Assembly: GCA_947581895.1 (NCBI GenBank)
Contig: CANPWE010000004.1
Span: forward strand, 2,836 to 66,835
Source of the DNA: an uncultured Clostridia bacterium
GTDB lineage: Bacteria > Bacillota > Clostridia > TANB77 > CAG-508
Length of the DNA: 64,000 nt
Direction of reading: 5' to 3'
Shown in pieces: positions 1 through 9,683 of the stretch. The notes beneath the pieces were generated by a model. It did not search any database, had not been told where the DNA came from, and saw only the letters and a list, made by a program, of their open reading frames with translations. Numbering within the stretch: position 1 is the first letter of the stretch; the number at the start of each line of letters is the position of its first letter. Made by a program: the position numbers and the translations under genes.

Positions 1-132
1 AGTTCAGAAAAAAATGCTTTGCAAGAAAAGCTTGATCAAGCTTATATGCAAATAAAAGAAATGGCAACTAAAACTGTTGAAGCTACTGGTGGAGTTAAAA
101 TATTAGGTAATAATAATGAGGCAAATAAATAG
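1..132 (+). CDS. 3' end of an unidentified protein (partial, runs off the window start)
   Basis: Frame 1 is open from base 1 to TAG at 130-132 (..SSEKNALQEKLDQAYMQIKEMATKTVEATGGVKILGNNNEANK*) and is followed by a terminator hairpin. No recognisable family from 43 aa. Confidence 0.35.
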   Translation, partial: SSEKNALQEKLDQAYMQIKEMATKTVEATGGVKILGNNNEANK

Positions 133-136
133 AAAA

Positions 137-180
137 ATAACACTTATTAGATTGAAAAAATCTGGTAGGTGTTATTTTCT
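137..180 (+). terminator. intrinsic terminator
   Basis: A ~15-bp stem (137-151 pairs with 161-175, with G-U wobbles), a 9-nt loop, then a T-run. Confidence 0.6.
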
Positions 181-363
181 ATGGCATGAATTGTATTTTC
201 ACTTGTCGATCAAGAAAAAGTATCATTATGTAATGGAATTGTTAGTGTAAAATTAAAGTAGGCGAAATGAACACTTAACAAATCCACATTTTCTAAAACA
301 ATAATTTGCCAAAATAGAATAAATATTATATAATATAGGCCAATTAAAAGGAGTGAGATAACT

Positions 364-2712
364 TTGCTAGAAAATTTAGAAAAAAAAGAACTAATACAAA
401 TGATTCTAAATTTAGAAAAAGAAAACAGAATATTGAAAGAAAAAATATATGGAAAAGCACAAGAAAAAGAGAATAACCAATCCATAAAAACAAAAGTTAT
501 TTCAAGTGAGGAAAAATTAAAAATATTTAGGGAAGTTTTTAAAGGGAGAACTGATGTATATGCAAAAAGATGGACAAGCACAAAAACAGGAAAATCTGGC
601 TATTCGCCAGTATGTAAAAATGAATTTAGTACATATAAATGTGATAAACCTAGAGTAAAATGTAATGAATGTCCATATAGAGAACTATTACCATTAACAG
701 ATGAAATAATATTAAAACATTTAAAAGGTGAAATAACTTTGGGAATATATCCACTATTGCCAGGTGATTTATGCAATTTTTTAGCAATAGATTTTGACAA
801 GAAAACCTATGAAAAAGATGTTATTGCTTTTTGGAATACTTGTGAAGAATTAAATATACCAATATATGTAGAACGTTCACGTTCTGGAAATGGTGCTCAT
901 GCTTGGATATTTTTTGAAGAAAGCGTTTCTGCTAGAATGGCAAGAAAAATGGGAAATATACTTTTAACAAAAACAATGGAGAAAGAATCTTTAGATTTAA
1001 ATTCATATGATAGATTATTGCCTAATCAAGATACTATGCCAAAAGGTGGATTTGGAAATTTAATAGCATTGCCATTTCAAGGTGAATGTAGTAAAAATGG
1101 AAATACGGTCTTTGTAAATAAGTATTTTGAAGTTGAGGACAATCAATTAGAGATTTTAACTAATATAAAAAGAATGACTATTAGTGAAATATATGATTTT
1201 GTTGAAACATACAAAGAAGATGACTATAAAGAACCACAATTAGAAGAAATTTTGGATGATGAGATTCCACAAAAAGAAAATATAAAAGATATTATATTTT
1301 CAAATAATGTTGAATGTATTTTTGATAAACAAATTTATATTAAGAAATTAAAATTATTACCAAATGAAATAACGTATTTGAAAAGATTGGCAAGTTTCAC
1401 TAATCCTAAGTTTTACGAATTGCAAAAACTAAGAATGCCCATATTTTATAAAACAACACCTAGGATAATTTGTTGCTTTGAGGAAGATGAGAGATTTTTA
1501 ATTTTACCAAGAGGGTGTATGGCAAAAATAAAAGAAATATGTGAAAAAAGTAATGTAAAACTAATTATAAAAGATACAAGAGAAATAGGATTAGAAACAG
1601 ATTATAAATTCAATGGAAAATTAAATAAAAAACAGGAAAATGCAATGCTGGAATTACTTAAATATGATACAGGTGTATTATGTGCTGCAACTGGTTTTGG
1701 GAAGACCGTGGTAGGTGCCAAGATTATTTCAGAATTAAAAACCAGTGCATTGATTATTGTAAATAAAAATAATTTGCTGGAACAATGGAAAGAAAAACTA
1801 TCATATTTTTTTGATATAAGTAAAAAAGATATAGGTCAAATAGGAGCAGGAAAGGAAAATCCTAATGGAAAGTTAGATGTTGCAAGTTTTCAATCCGTAT
1901 TTAAAAAGGATAATGTAGAAGAAATAATAAAAGGTTATGGACTTGTTATTGTTGATGAATGTCATCATGTTGCTGCTTATAGTTTTGAGAATGTGTTAAA
2001 GCTAATAAGAGCAAAACACGTTTATGGAATGACTGCTACTCCAACAAGAAAAGATGGATGGCATAAAATTATATATATGCAGTGTGGAGATATAAGGGTA
2101 AGAGTAAGTAATAAACAGTTAAAACAAAACAAAGAAATGGAACATATAGTTGTAGTAAAAAAGACTAATTATAAATATGTCCCTATAGAGGAAAAGGATA
2201 AAATACAAATTTCAGAAATTTTAAATGATATGTGCAACAATGTTTTTAGAAATAGTATGATAATTGAAGACATAAAGAAATGCATAAATAAGGGGAGAAT
2301 ACCAATCGTTTTAACAGAAAGAATAGAACATTTGAAAATTTTAAAAGAGGGGCTTAATGATTTAAATGTACCAGTTGTTATATATAAAGGTAATATGGGA
2401 AAGAAGAAGGCAAAAGAAGTATTGGAGGTTCTTAAGGATGCTGACGATAATAATAAACCAAGAATAATATTAGCGACTAGTAGTTCAATAGGAGAAGGTT
2501 TTGATGATAGTAGATTGGATACTTTGTTTTTAACAATGCCTGTTTCATGGAAAGGAAGAATTATACAATATGTTGGAAGACTTCATAGAGAACATGAAAA
2601 CAAAGAAAAAGTGATGGTTTATGATTATTTGGATAATATGAAAGTTCTAGAGAAGATGTATGATAGGAGATTGAAGGGATATAAAATGGCTGGATATGAG
2701 GTTATAGAATAA
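364..2712 (+). CDS. archaeo-eukaryotic primase (PrimPol-like) domain fused to an SF2 DEAD/DEAH-type helicase
   Basis: 782-aa ORF with TTG start and AGGAG at 347-351. The N-terminal half has AEP-like motifs LAIDFD (DxD) and SRSGNGAHAWIFF (sGxGxH), plus a Cys cluster CDKPRVKCNECPY. The C-terminal half has helicase motifs I AATGFGKTVV, II VDECHH, III GMTATP, V SSIGEGFD and VI QYVGRLHR. Confidence 0.85.
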   Translation: MLENLEKKELIQMILNLEKENRILKEKIYGKAQEKENNQSIKTKVISSEEKLKIFREVFKGRTDVYAKRWTSTKTGKSGYSPVCKNEFSTYKCDKPRVKCNECPYRELLPLTDEIILKHLKGEITLGIYPLLPGDLCNFLAIDFDKKTYEKDVIAFWNTCEELNIPIYVERSRSGNGAHAWIFFEESVSARMARKMGNILLTKTMEKESLDLNSYDRLLPNQDTMPKGGFGNLIALPFQGECSKNGNTVFVNKYFEVEDNQLEILTNIKRMTISEIYDFVETYKEDDYKEPQLEEILDDEIPQKENIKDIIFSNNVECIFDKQIYIKKLKLLPNEITYLKRLASFTNPKFYELQKLRMPIFYKTTPRIICCFEEDERFLILPRGCMAKIKEICEKSNVKLIIKDTREIGLETDYKFNGKLNKKQENAMLELLKYDTGVLCAATGFGKTVVGAKIISELKTSALIIVNKNNLLEQWKEKLSYFFDISKKDIGQIGAGKENPNGKLDVASFQSVFKKDNVEEIIKGYGLVIVDECHHVAAYSFENVLKLIRAKHVYGMTATPTRKDGWHKIIYMQCGDIRVRVSNKQLKQNKEMEHIVVVKKTNYKYVPIEEKDKIQISEILNDMCNNVFRNSMIIEDIKKCINKGRIPIVLTERIEHLKILKEGLNDLNVPVVIYKGNMGKKKAKEVLEVLKDADDNNKPRIILATSSSIGEGFDDSRLDTLFLTMPVSWKGRIIQYVGRLHREHENKEKVMVYDYLDNMKVLEKMYDRRLKGYKMAGYEVIE

Positions 2713-2808
2713 ATTCTAATTAGTACACAAAAGGAAAGTTTGATAGAAAAAATTGAAAAAATACAATTGATGTAGACAATGATTTTTTTAGTGTAATTCA
2801 TATTCTAT

Positions 2809-3321
2809 CTACAACTCCCTAATCACTTTCCCTGAAACAGCATACAATAAATCATTAACTTCATTAATATTATACATTTCATTATCAAAACAATACTTCA
2901 AAGTAATATTTACATATGAGTTTTGAGGCAAAGAATATGAAGCAGAATTAAGCAACTCTTCGTATTGCACACTAGTTAGCGCTAATGCTAAAGCAAGCAA
3001 TGTGACTGTTCCAAAAGATGGATGATATTCATTATTTGACCTTATTTTAGAAAAAAGACGTTTGTCAATATCTGCTTTTTTATATAATTTTACATCACTA
3101 ATATTAGCATTATCAATGTGCTCAAATAATAGCTCATTAAAGCTTTTTGCACTTTTTTTGGTATTTAAAATTATATATTCCGCAGAAGATTCGCATACTT
3201 TATAATTGCATATAGGTTTAGCTGGATTTAAGATAATAGATTTTTTATAAAATTCAAATAATTCTAATAATGATTTTGGAATAATAGTTTTATTTTTCAT
3301 ATATAAATTCTGATAAAACAT
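2809..3321 (-). CDS. hypothetical protein with a probable HTH-type C-terminal half
   Basis: 170-aa ORF with AGGAGG 6 nt upstream of the ATG at 3321. The segment DVKLYKKADIDKRLFSKIRSNNEYHPSFGTVTLLALALALT resembles a Firmicutes HTH-domain family. This is recalled from memory and was not searched. Confidence 0.65.
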   Translation of the reverse strand: MFYQNLYMKNKTIIPKSLLELFEFYKKSIILNPAKPICNYKVCESSAEYIILNTKKSAKSFNELLFEHIDNANISDVKLYKKADIDKRLFSKIRSNNEYHPSFGTVTLLALALALTSVQYEELLNSASYSLPQNSYVNITLKYCFDNEMYNINEVNDLLYAVSGKVIREL

Positions 3322-3544
3322 AAAGAACCTCCTTGGGATGAATAATAAATGATATGTAAATATAAATGAGTATAAATGTGAGTACGAATTAAATATCTAT
3401 GCATAAAAATATTTTACTGAATTATTGTATCATATTATTTTTAATTTATAAAGACTTTATAGAAATGTCGCTTTCAAAGCGACCAAATTTGACTAAATTT
3501 TTGCTAGAATAATATATATACATATTATACGAGGAGTGAAAAAT

Positions 3545-4090
3545 ATGAGTAAATATTTATGTGTAGGACTAGCAAAAAAAATAGCAGTAGCAGTAATAGA
3601 TAAGGAAATGGCAAAAGAAGTTGAATTATATTTCTTTAAGAAAGTTGATAGAAATCTATATAATGTAGAATATGTACCAACAGAAAAGAAAACTGCATTT
3701 ATATTTTTTAAACTAAAAGATGAAATGCTGGCTAAATATGCAATGGATTTAATGATTGAACAACATGAAAAATATATAAAATCAAAATATTCAGAAGAAG
3801 CAATAGAATACTTTAAAAATATTAAAAACAAGGATGAGAAAGAAATTATTAATTTAATAAATACAGAAAATAATCCTTATATGTATACTTTTAGGTTGGG
3901 ATGGTTTGGGTTTGATATTAGTTATCTTTTCGAAAAAAGTGTGGATGCATATATAACTGAATTTACAACATTCCACTGCTCAGAAAAAACTTTTATGGAA
4001 GTATATAATGACTTTTTCAGATATATGAGAAATTTACTTATAAATTCAACAGACAACCCATTAAGAACAGCTCTTGCTATTTCTTTGTAG
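3545..4090 (+). CDS. hypothetical protein
   Basis: ORF with ATG at 3545 preceded by GAGGAG (3531-3536). The ORF-track start at 3536 is a GTG inside the RBS. No family recognised. Confidence 0.6.
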   Translation: MSKYLCVGLAKKIAVAVIDKEMAKEVELYFFKKVDRNLYNVEYVPTEKKTAFIFFKLKDEMLAKYAMDLMIEQHEKYIKSKYSEEAIEYFKNIKNKDEKEIINLINTENNPYMYTFRLGWFGFDISYLFEKSVDAYITEFTTFHCSEKTFMEVYNDFFRYMRNLLINSTDNPLRTALAISL

Positions 4091-4094
4091 ATGA

Positions 4095-4298
4095 AACAAT
4101 AGAATAGTCCAAACATTATTAGGAGCAGGAAAGTTTAAGCAAGATTATTTAACAGATTACTTTCAAAAGATTATGGAAAAATGTGAGTTTAAAAAATGGT
4201 ATTATGGACATTATCATGATTATAGACAAGTTAATTCACAATTTGTTTTATTGTATGAAGATATAGTTTCATTAGAATTTGAAAGTATTTTTGAATAA
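4095..4298 (+). pseudogene. C-terminal remnant of a metallophosphoesterase-like gene
   Basis: Open frame with no proper start. It translates to ..KKWYYGHYHDYRQVNSQFVLLYEDIVSLEFESIFE*. W-Y-x-G-H-x-H is the last metal-binding motif of calcineurin-like phosphoesterases, and the N-terminal ~3/4 of the gene is missing. Confidence 0.45.
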
Positions 4299-4401
4299 AT
4301 AATAGCATAAACGCATCTAAAAAGAACTTCAACATTGAAGTTCTTTTAGATAAAAATATTGATATTTTTTTCATAAACAAAAAATCCAAATTAATATAAA
4401 C

Positions 4402-4893
4402 TTATCCTTCCTTTTCACCCAAATCTTCAGAAAATCTTAACAAATATCCATCCGGATCTTGTATTAAAAATTCTTTATTTCCTAATAATTTATTATCTTG
4501 TCTATACCAATTTTCCTCAATATCAAAAGTTATTTTATAATTTGAATTTTTAAAATTATTATATATTTCAATCAGATTATCGACTTCTAATTGAAAATTT
4601 ATTCCATTTCCAAAAGGATAGGTAAGAGGAGAAACATCCCATTTGCTATTTGGAGCAATTTCTTGTAGCATGAATTGTATTTTTCCCAAACTTATAAATG
4701 CAAATTTATTTTCAGGTCTATCATATTCTACTTTAAATCCAGCAGTTTTATAAAAATTTAAACTATTTTCTAAATTAGTAACAGATAATTCAGGAATAAT
4801 CTTATTAAATTCTAAATAATTTTGATTACTACTCTCTATTGGAGTATCAATTTTAATATCTGTAGTTTTGTTTGAATAATTTTTGCTATCCAT
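4402..4893 (-). CDS. VOC family protein (glyoxalase / bleomycin-resistance-like)
   Basis: The ORF is trimmed to the ATG at 4893, which has GGAGG 7 nt upstream. PELSVTNLENSLNFYKTAGFKVEYDRPENKFAFISLGKIQFMLQ...DPDGYLLRFSE is typical of the VOC fold. Confidence 0.8.
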   Translation of the reverse strand: MDSKNYSNKTTDIKIDTPIESSNQNYLEFNKIIPELSVTNLENSLNFYKTAGFKVEYDRPENKFAFISLGKIQFMLQEIAPNSKWDVSPLTYPFGNGINFQLEVDNLIEIYNNFKNSNYKITFDIEENWYRQDNKLLGNKEFLIQDPDGYLLRFSEDLGEKEG

Positions 4894-4903
4894 ATATAAC
4901 CTC

Positions 4904-5410
4904 CTATAAAATAAATCTATTATTATTTTCAATAATATTAACTGTTTCATTAATTGATAAATTAGTGGTGTCTAATATGTTTTCTTCATTATAATTATTA
5001 TTTTTAAAACTATTTAATAAAGTGACATAACGCTCTTTCATTTGACAATCCTCTGGTCTTTCTTTATCCCTTGAAAGTAAAGTATTTTCATCTACTAATA
5101 ATACAACAAACTTTATATTATAATTCTTAAACTGATTATACATCTGCTTTAATGGAGTAGGTGTTACAATATAATTAAATACTACATCATATCCATTTTC
5201 TAAATAAATTTTAATTGTATTTATGCATACTTTCCAAAATATTTCAAGATGATTGCCTTCTTTCCAAGCTTGAACATATCCTCCAATAACTTGATGATAA
5301 ATATCATCACCTTCTATTAAAACCGATTTATTTTTTGATTCTGCAATTTTTTTTGAAATTGTACTTTTTCCGACACCGGCAGGACCAGTTATAATATATA
5401 AATTTGGCAT
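4904..5410 (-). CDS. P-loop NTPase / small-molecule-kinase-like protein
   Basis: Start at the ATG at 5410 (GGAGG upstream). Walker A motif ITGPAGVGKST, 168 aa. Forms a tandem pair with the VOC gene. Confidence 0.8.
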   Translation of the reverse strand: MPNLYIITGPAGVGKSTISKKIAESKNKSVLIEGDDIYHQVIGGYVQAWKEGNHLEIFWKVCINTIKIYLENGYDVVFNYIVTPTPLKQMYNQFKNYNIKFVVLLVDENTLLSRDKERPEDCQMKERYVTLLNSFKNNNYNEENILDTTNLSINETVNIIENNNRFIL

Positions 5411-6059
5411 TTTATACCTCCTAATTTTTTTAACAATTATATAAAAGAAATATACAATCAAAATAATTGTATGGTTGAATAATAATATAATAATATTTAG
5501 ATGTCAACTAGAATGAAAAAAGATGATTGAAAATAATTTTATAATAAATAAAAACGTTATTTCTATTTATTTAATTGTAGAACAGGGATATATATATATG
5601 ACTGCATTAGTATTGAGGAATATAAAAAATTAAGTTTTGAAGAGCAATTATTATATGATTATTTTGAATGGAATGATAGCCAAGGGTGGTTTAAATATTT
5701 TAAAATTATAATTGAACATGTTAAATGGCAGTTTTTTGAATGGAAAGATGTTAATTTCTTAAAAGAAATAGATAAAGTTCGAATAATAGTTTTTATATTT
5801 TAAATAGAGGAGATGACAATAACATGATTTAATCAAAATAGGAGTTTCTGATAAAACTGCTCAAAAGTATGTGGATATTTTAGTAGAGTGTTGATTAGAA
5901 AAAATTAAATATTTTTTTAATGATGAAAGATTTATATTTATTTTTTCAACAAATATTAATCAATTACAGCATACAATCGAAAGAACAAATGAATGTTGAA
6001 ATTTCCCTGTTCTTTTATTATAATTATTAAATAATATAGTAATAATTAGGAGGAGATTT

Positions 6060-6647
6060 ATGGGACTGTTTAATATTTTTAAGAAAAATTTGGGAAATAA
6101 TAATGAAAACATAAAAAATGAAGAAAATAAAAAAATTCATGCAGATGATCCAGTTACAGACACTACTTATTTAAAAAATATCATAATAGACATTAGTAAG
6201 GTAATATCACATAATGATACTGAAGTAATCAATGAGATTAATAATATTATGAACAAAAAAGACAATTATATAAAAAATAATGAAAGAGGAATAGATGAAA
6301 ACTGTGATGATAGTACATTATTTTGGCTTATAATGGTTGATATACTTGAAAAATATAACTATGTCTGTGAAAGTGATTGGAAAGATGAATCTGAAGATTT
6401 TATTTATTCTATATCTAATTTAAAGACGTTTGATTTAGATGTAAACAATGATATTTTTAATGAAGATGAATCCATTATTGAATGGTGTAAAATAATAGAT
6501 AGTAGATGTGAACCAAAATGCATTGGTTGTATAGATATTGATAGTGATAGTTATGTTTTATTTGTATCGAATAATGATGAAATTAATGAATTAAAAAGAT
6601 TAGCTAGAGAAATATCTAAAAAGATAGAATATGCTAAAAATTGTTAA
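6060..6647 (+). CDS. hypothetical acidic protein
   Basis: 195-aa ORF with AGGAGG RBS; no family recognised. Confidence 0.6.
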   Translation: MGLFNIFKKNLGNNNENIKNEENKKIHADDPVTDTTYLKNIIIDISKVISHNDTEVINEINNIMNKKDNYIKNNERGIDENCDDSTLFWLIMVDILEKYNYVCESDWKDESEDFIYSISNLKTFDLDVNNDIFNEDESIIEWCKIIDSRCEPKCIGCIDIDSDSYVLFVSNNDEINELKRLAREISKKIEYAKNC

Positions 6648-6833
6648 TGAATATTCAAAATTTATTGCTATTGATTTGATTTAAAAGTTCAGATAAGTGA
6701 AAATGTTACAGAACTTCCTAAAAATTCATTTGAACAGTAACAAAAAAATAAATGCCCTTGAGAAAACCCAAAAAATGCTTTACTTTTTCACTTGACGTTT
6801 TATTAAATCGCCCTGAGTAGACTTGATTTTTAA

Positions 6834-6862
6834 TTGACAAAAACGTAAAGTAAGGATACAAT
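6834..6862 (+). promoter_or_regulatory. sigma-A-type promoter
   Basis: TTGACA (6834-6839), a 17-nt spacer, then TACAAT (6857-6862), upstream of the 6941 and 7134 ORFs. Confidence 0.45.
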
Positions 6863-6940
6863 AAAATAAGAGAGATTATCTAGCATGGTTTTGCGAAAAA
6901 AAGTATAAATAAATAATATAAAGAAAAGGGGAAGATGTTT

Positions 6941-7111
6941 ATGGAAGAAGAATTAGGTAAAGATATTGTAGACGGAAAAATTGTAGATTTTTCTAAAATG
7001 AGTATAGAAGAATTAAGAGAAATGAAGGAAAAACTAAAAAAACAAGAAAAAGCTATACTTGATAAAATTAATAAAGAATTAGAACAAGATGATGACGAAT
7101 TAGGATTATAA
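6941..7111 (+). CDS. small hypothetical protein (56 aa)
   Basis: ATG 6941 to TAA 7109-7111 (MEEELGKDIVDGKIVDFSKMSIEELREMKEKLKKQEKAILDKINKELEQDDDELGL). Below the ORF-track size cut-off. Lies directly upstream of the 7134 gene. Confidence 0.4.
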   Translation: MEEELGKDIVDGKIVDFSKMSIEELREMKEKLKKQEKAILDKINKELEQDDDELGL

Positions 7112-7133
7112 TTATACGAAAGGAGAAATAATT

Positions 7134-8417
7134 ATGGAAGAACAAAAGAAAAAAACAGAAGGACAAGAGAAAGAAACAGCAGAACAAACAGCAGAACAAA
7201 TTAATTTTTTGCAATTGTTGAAAGACTTAGCTAAAACGCAAGCACAATTAGCAAAAATAAATGCTCAACTGGTAATAAAAGAAGGACATGACAAAATAAA
7301 TGGCGTAATCGATTCAACAAAAGCTGAATTAGAAAAACAAGCTAAAAAATTTGGTGCAAATTTAGAAAAAGCAGAAAAAGATTATAGAAATAATAATGCA
7401 AGTAAAAAAGGAATTCTTGAAGAATACAGAGAAGCTTTAAAAGACATAAAAGATTCATACGAAAATCTTATGAAAGATGCATTAGATGAAAAATCAAAAT
7501 TAGAAGCAGCTGAACAAAAAATAATGGCGAAACAAAAACAAAAACAAATAGAAATAAAGAAAGCAAGGAAAGAATTTGCAGAAAAGGAAAAAGCTCTAAA
7601 AGCAGAAATCCATGAAGCAACCCAAAAAGGGGATTTAAAAAACGCAAAGCAAAAGATTGAGGAATTGGAACAATTAAAATCAAATAGTAAAATTAATTTA
7701 TTAGAAACTCAGAACAAAATGTTACAAAATAAAAGAGAAAATTATAGAAAATTAATAGAAAAAGTTGATGAGGACTATGAAAAATATATAAAAGACATGA
7801 AGGATGAAATTGATAAAGCAAATGAAGATAAAAATGATAAATTATCAATAATCCCAAAACAAAACTTATTCCAAAAAATTATGGGTTCAATGTTTAGTAA
7901 AATTAATGGTACAAAAAAATTTACACAGACGGTTATTGGATCACTTCAATCTAAAATTACTACTTTAAAGGAAGAAAAAATACCTCAAATTAAGAAAAAG
8001 ATTTATCAAGGAAGAGAAGATTTTTCAAATAAAATCCAAAATGAAAAAGCAAAGATAGAAGAAGTAGTACAATCTATGGCCATGGATTGTGCAACAAAAT
8101 TGGTTGCTTTAGAAGTAAAATCTAAGGAAAAAGCAACAAATGCAAAAAATGCAGTTGTTCAAGGTGCAAAAAAAGTTGAAGATACTGCAAAGCAAATAGC
8201 TGCAGGTGTTGCAGTTACTGTTGCATCTACTGTTAAATCTACTGTTGATAAAGGAAAAAGAACATTTAAAGATGTAGTAGGTAAAGGATATGAATTAAAA
8301 ATGAACTTTATACAAAAAGCGCAGGATAGACTAGCAGAAAAACAATTAGAAATCAACAAAAAGATGCAAATTCTTAATCCAGAGAAACAAAGTCAAAGTA
8401 AAGGAATGGAAAAATAA
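7134..8417 (+). CDS. Lys/Glu-rich coiled-coil protein, function unknown
   Basis: 427-aa ORF with AGGAG RBS; highly charged with heptad-like composition throughout. Confidence 0.7.
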   Translation: MEEQKKKTEGQEKETAEQTAEQINFLQLLKDLAKTQAQLAKINAQLVIKEGHDKINGVIDSTKAELEKQAKKFGANLEKAEKDYRNNNASKKGILEEYREALKDIKDSYENLMKDALDEKSKLEAAEQKIMAKQKQKQIEIKKARKEFAEKEKALKAEIHEATQKGDLKNAKQKIEELEQLKSNSKINLLETQNKMLQNKRENYRKLIEKVDEDYEKYIKDMKDEIDKANEDKNDKLSIIPKQNLFQKIMGSMFSKINGTKKFTQTVIGSLQSKITTLKEEKIPQIKKKIYQGREDFSNKIQNEKAKIEEVVQSMAMDCATKLVALEVKSKEKATNAKNAVVQGAKKVEDTAKQIAAGVAVTVASTVKSTVDKGKRTFKDVVGKGYELKMNFIQKAQDRLAEKQLEINKKMQILNPEKQSQSKGMEK

Positions 8418-8424
8418 CTTAGTT

Positions 8425-8509
8425 AGACAAGGGGACGGCAATGTCATTAAGTTAAGGGAAAAGTCTAAAAATTTTCTCTTAACTTAATGACATTGCCGTC
8501 CCTTTGTCT
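8425..8509 (+). terminator. unusually long hairpin / terminator
   Basis: 8425-8459 pairs with 8475-8509, a ~35-bp stem whose only two non-Watson-Crick positions are G-U, directly after the 7134-8417 stop. Confidence 0.7.
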
Positions 8510-8553
8510 ATTTTATGCGAAAACGCTTGAAAAATGTGCTTAAGAGGACAAAA

Positions 8554-8600
8554 ACAAGGGTATAAATTGAAAAAATACTCAAAATACCCTTGTTTTTTTG
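8554..8600. terminator. bidirectional hairpin terminator
   Basis: ACAAGGGTAT (8554-8563) pairs with ATACCCTTGT (8584-8593). T-run on the plus strand and A-run upstream (T-run on the minus strand), downstream of the minus-strand tRNA. Confidence 0.5.
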
Positions 8601-8665
8601 CCTTCTACCCTTGCAAAATTGCAACAAAAAAACACTTGCAAAAATCTGCAAATGCTTGATATTCT

Positions 8666-8741
8666 TGGTTGCGGGAGATGGACTCGAACCATCGACCTTC
8701 GGGTTATGAGCCCGACGAGCTGCCAACTGCTCCATCCCGCG
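8666..8741 (-). tRNA. initiator tRNA-fMet (anticodon CAT), CCA encoded
   Basis: The reverse complement folds as a cloverleaf: acceptor CGCGGGA/TCCCGCA with a C1-A72 mismatch, D stem GAGC/GCTC, anticodon stem TCGGG/CCCGA (three consecutive G-C pairs), loop CTCATAA, T stem GATGG/CCATC, and 3' ACCA. The C1-A72 mismatch and the GGG/CCC pairs are initiator hallmarks. Confidence 0.95.
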
Positions 8742-8760
8742 GTATTTATTGCACTTATTT

Positions 8761-8789
8761 ATTATACAAATTTTTATAATATTTGTCAA
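8761..8789 (-). promoter_or_regulatory. consensus sigma-A promoter of the tRNA-fMet gene
   Basis: On the minus strand: TTGACA (8789-8784), a 17-nt spacer, then TATAAT (8766-8761), about 20 nt upstream of the tRNA 5' end. Confidence 0.65.
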
Positions 8790-9063
8790 TACATTTTTCA
8801 AAAAAGTTATAAATAGTGATTTCTACCAATATATATTATTATATGCAAATAATTTAAAAATATTACAAATTTAGGTATCCCCCAACAATTTTTATATTTC
8901 AAAAGAGCCAAATTCCCATTATCATAATTATAAAAATAAATTAAAAAAATACCAAAACTTAAATTCATCATTGTATTGAAAAATTATAAATATTACCTTA
9001 TAATTATATTAAAATAAAATTTATAACAAAGATTAACTAGTATAAATCCAAAGGAGAATAAAA

Positions 9064-9612
9064 ATGTCAGTTATAATTAAATATTTTGTACATGGAACCA
9101 CAACAGATAATTTAGTTCGCAAAGCTACAGGATGGAATGATGGTGAATTAAGTGAAAAAGGAATAGGTCAAGTTTTAGACTTAAAAGAAAAAATAGATTT
9201 TAATGAAATAGATTTTGTAATAAGTTCAGATTTAAAAAGAGCAGTAGATTCTGCAAATTATATTTTTAAAGATTCAAAAAATATAATTCATGATGAAAGA
9301 ATAAGAGAGTGTAATTATGGCGATTTAAACGGAAAAGATAATTCTTTAGTAAAGTATGAGGAACATATTGATAATCCTTTTCCAAATGGAGAATCATTAA
9401 AGGATGTTGAAAAAAGAGTAAGAAATTTTTGCAATTATTTATTACAAAATTATGATGGTAAAACTATAGCTTTAGTTTCTCATAAAGCACCACAATTAGC
9501 ATTAGATGTATTAACTAAAAATATAACTTGGGAAAAAGCAATTAGCCAAGATTGGAGAAAAACTAAAAGTTGGAAACCAGGTTGGACATACGAAATTATA
9601 AAAGTGGAATAA
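9064..9612 (+). CDS. histidine phosphatase (phosphoglycerate-mutase-like) family protein
   Basis: 182-aa ORF with AGGAG RBS. Family-like layout: VHGTTTDN...GWNDGELSEKG...ISSDLKRAVDSA...ECNYGDLNG...VSHKAP. The usual catalytic RHG is VHG here. Confidence 0.65.
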   Translation: MSVIIKYFVHGTTTDNLVRKATGWNDGELSEKGIGQVLDLKEKIDFNEIDFVISSDLKRAVDSANYIFKDSKNIIHDERIRECNYGDLNGKDNSLVKYEEHIDNPFPNGESLKDVEKRVRNFCNYLLQNYDGKTIALVSHKAPQLALDVLTKNITWEKAISQDWRKTKSWKPGWTYEIIKVE

Positions 9613-9624
9613 AATCCTAAGAAA

Positions 9625-9671
9625 AGTAGCAACTGTTTAGATTAAAAATCCAAATAGTTGCTACTTTTTTA
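9625..9671. terminator. bidirectional terminator between convergent genes
   Basis: AGTAGCAACTGTTT pairs with AAATAGTTGCTACT, followed by a T6 run. Confidence 0.6.
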
Positions 9672-9683
9672 TTATAAGAAAGT

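Noticed and set aside
210-800. Minus-strand ORFs 210-581 and 600-800 overlapping the start of the helicase gene
   Set aside because: They are hydrophobic low-complexity antisense translations with no RBS, and the plus-strand ORF has clear homology-type motifs.
8508-8816. ORFs 8508-8801 (minus strand) and 8598-8816 (plus strand)
   Set aside because: They overlap the tRNA-fMet gene, its promoter and its terminator. Their translations are nonsense-like.
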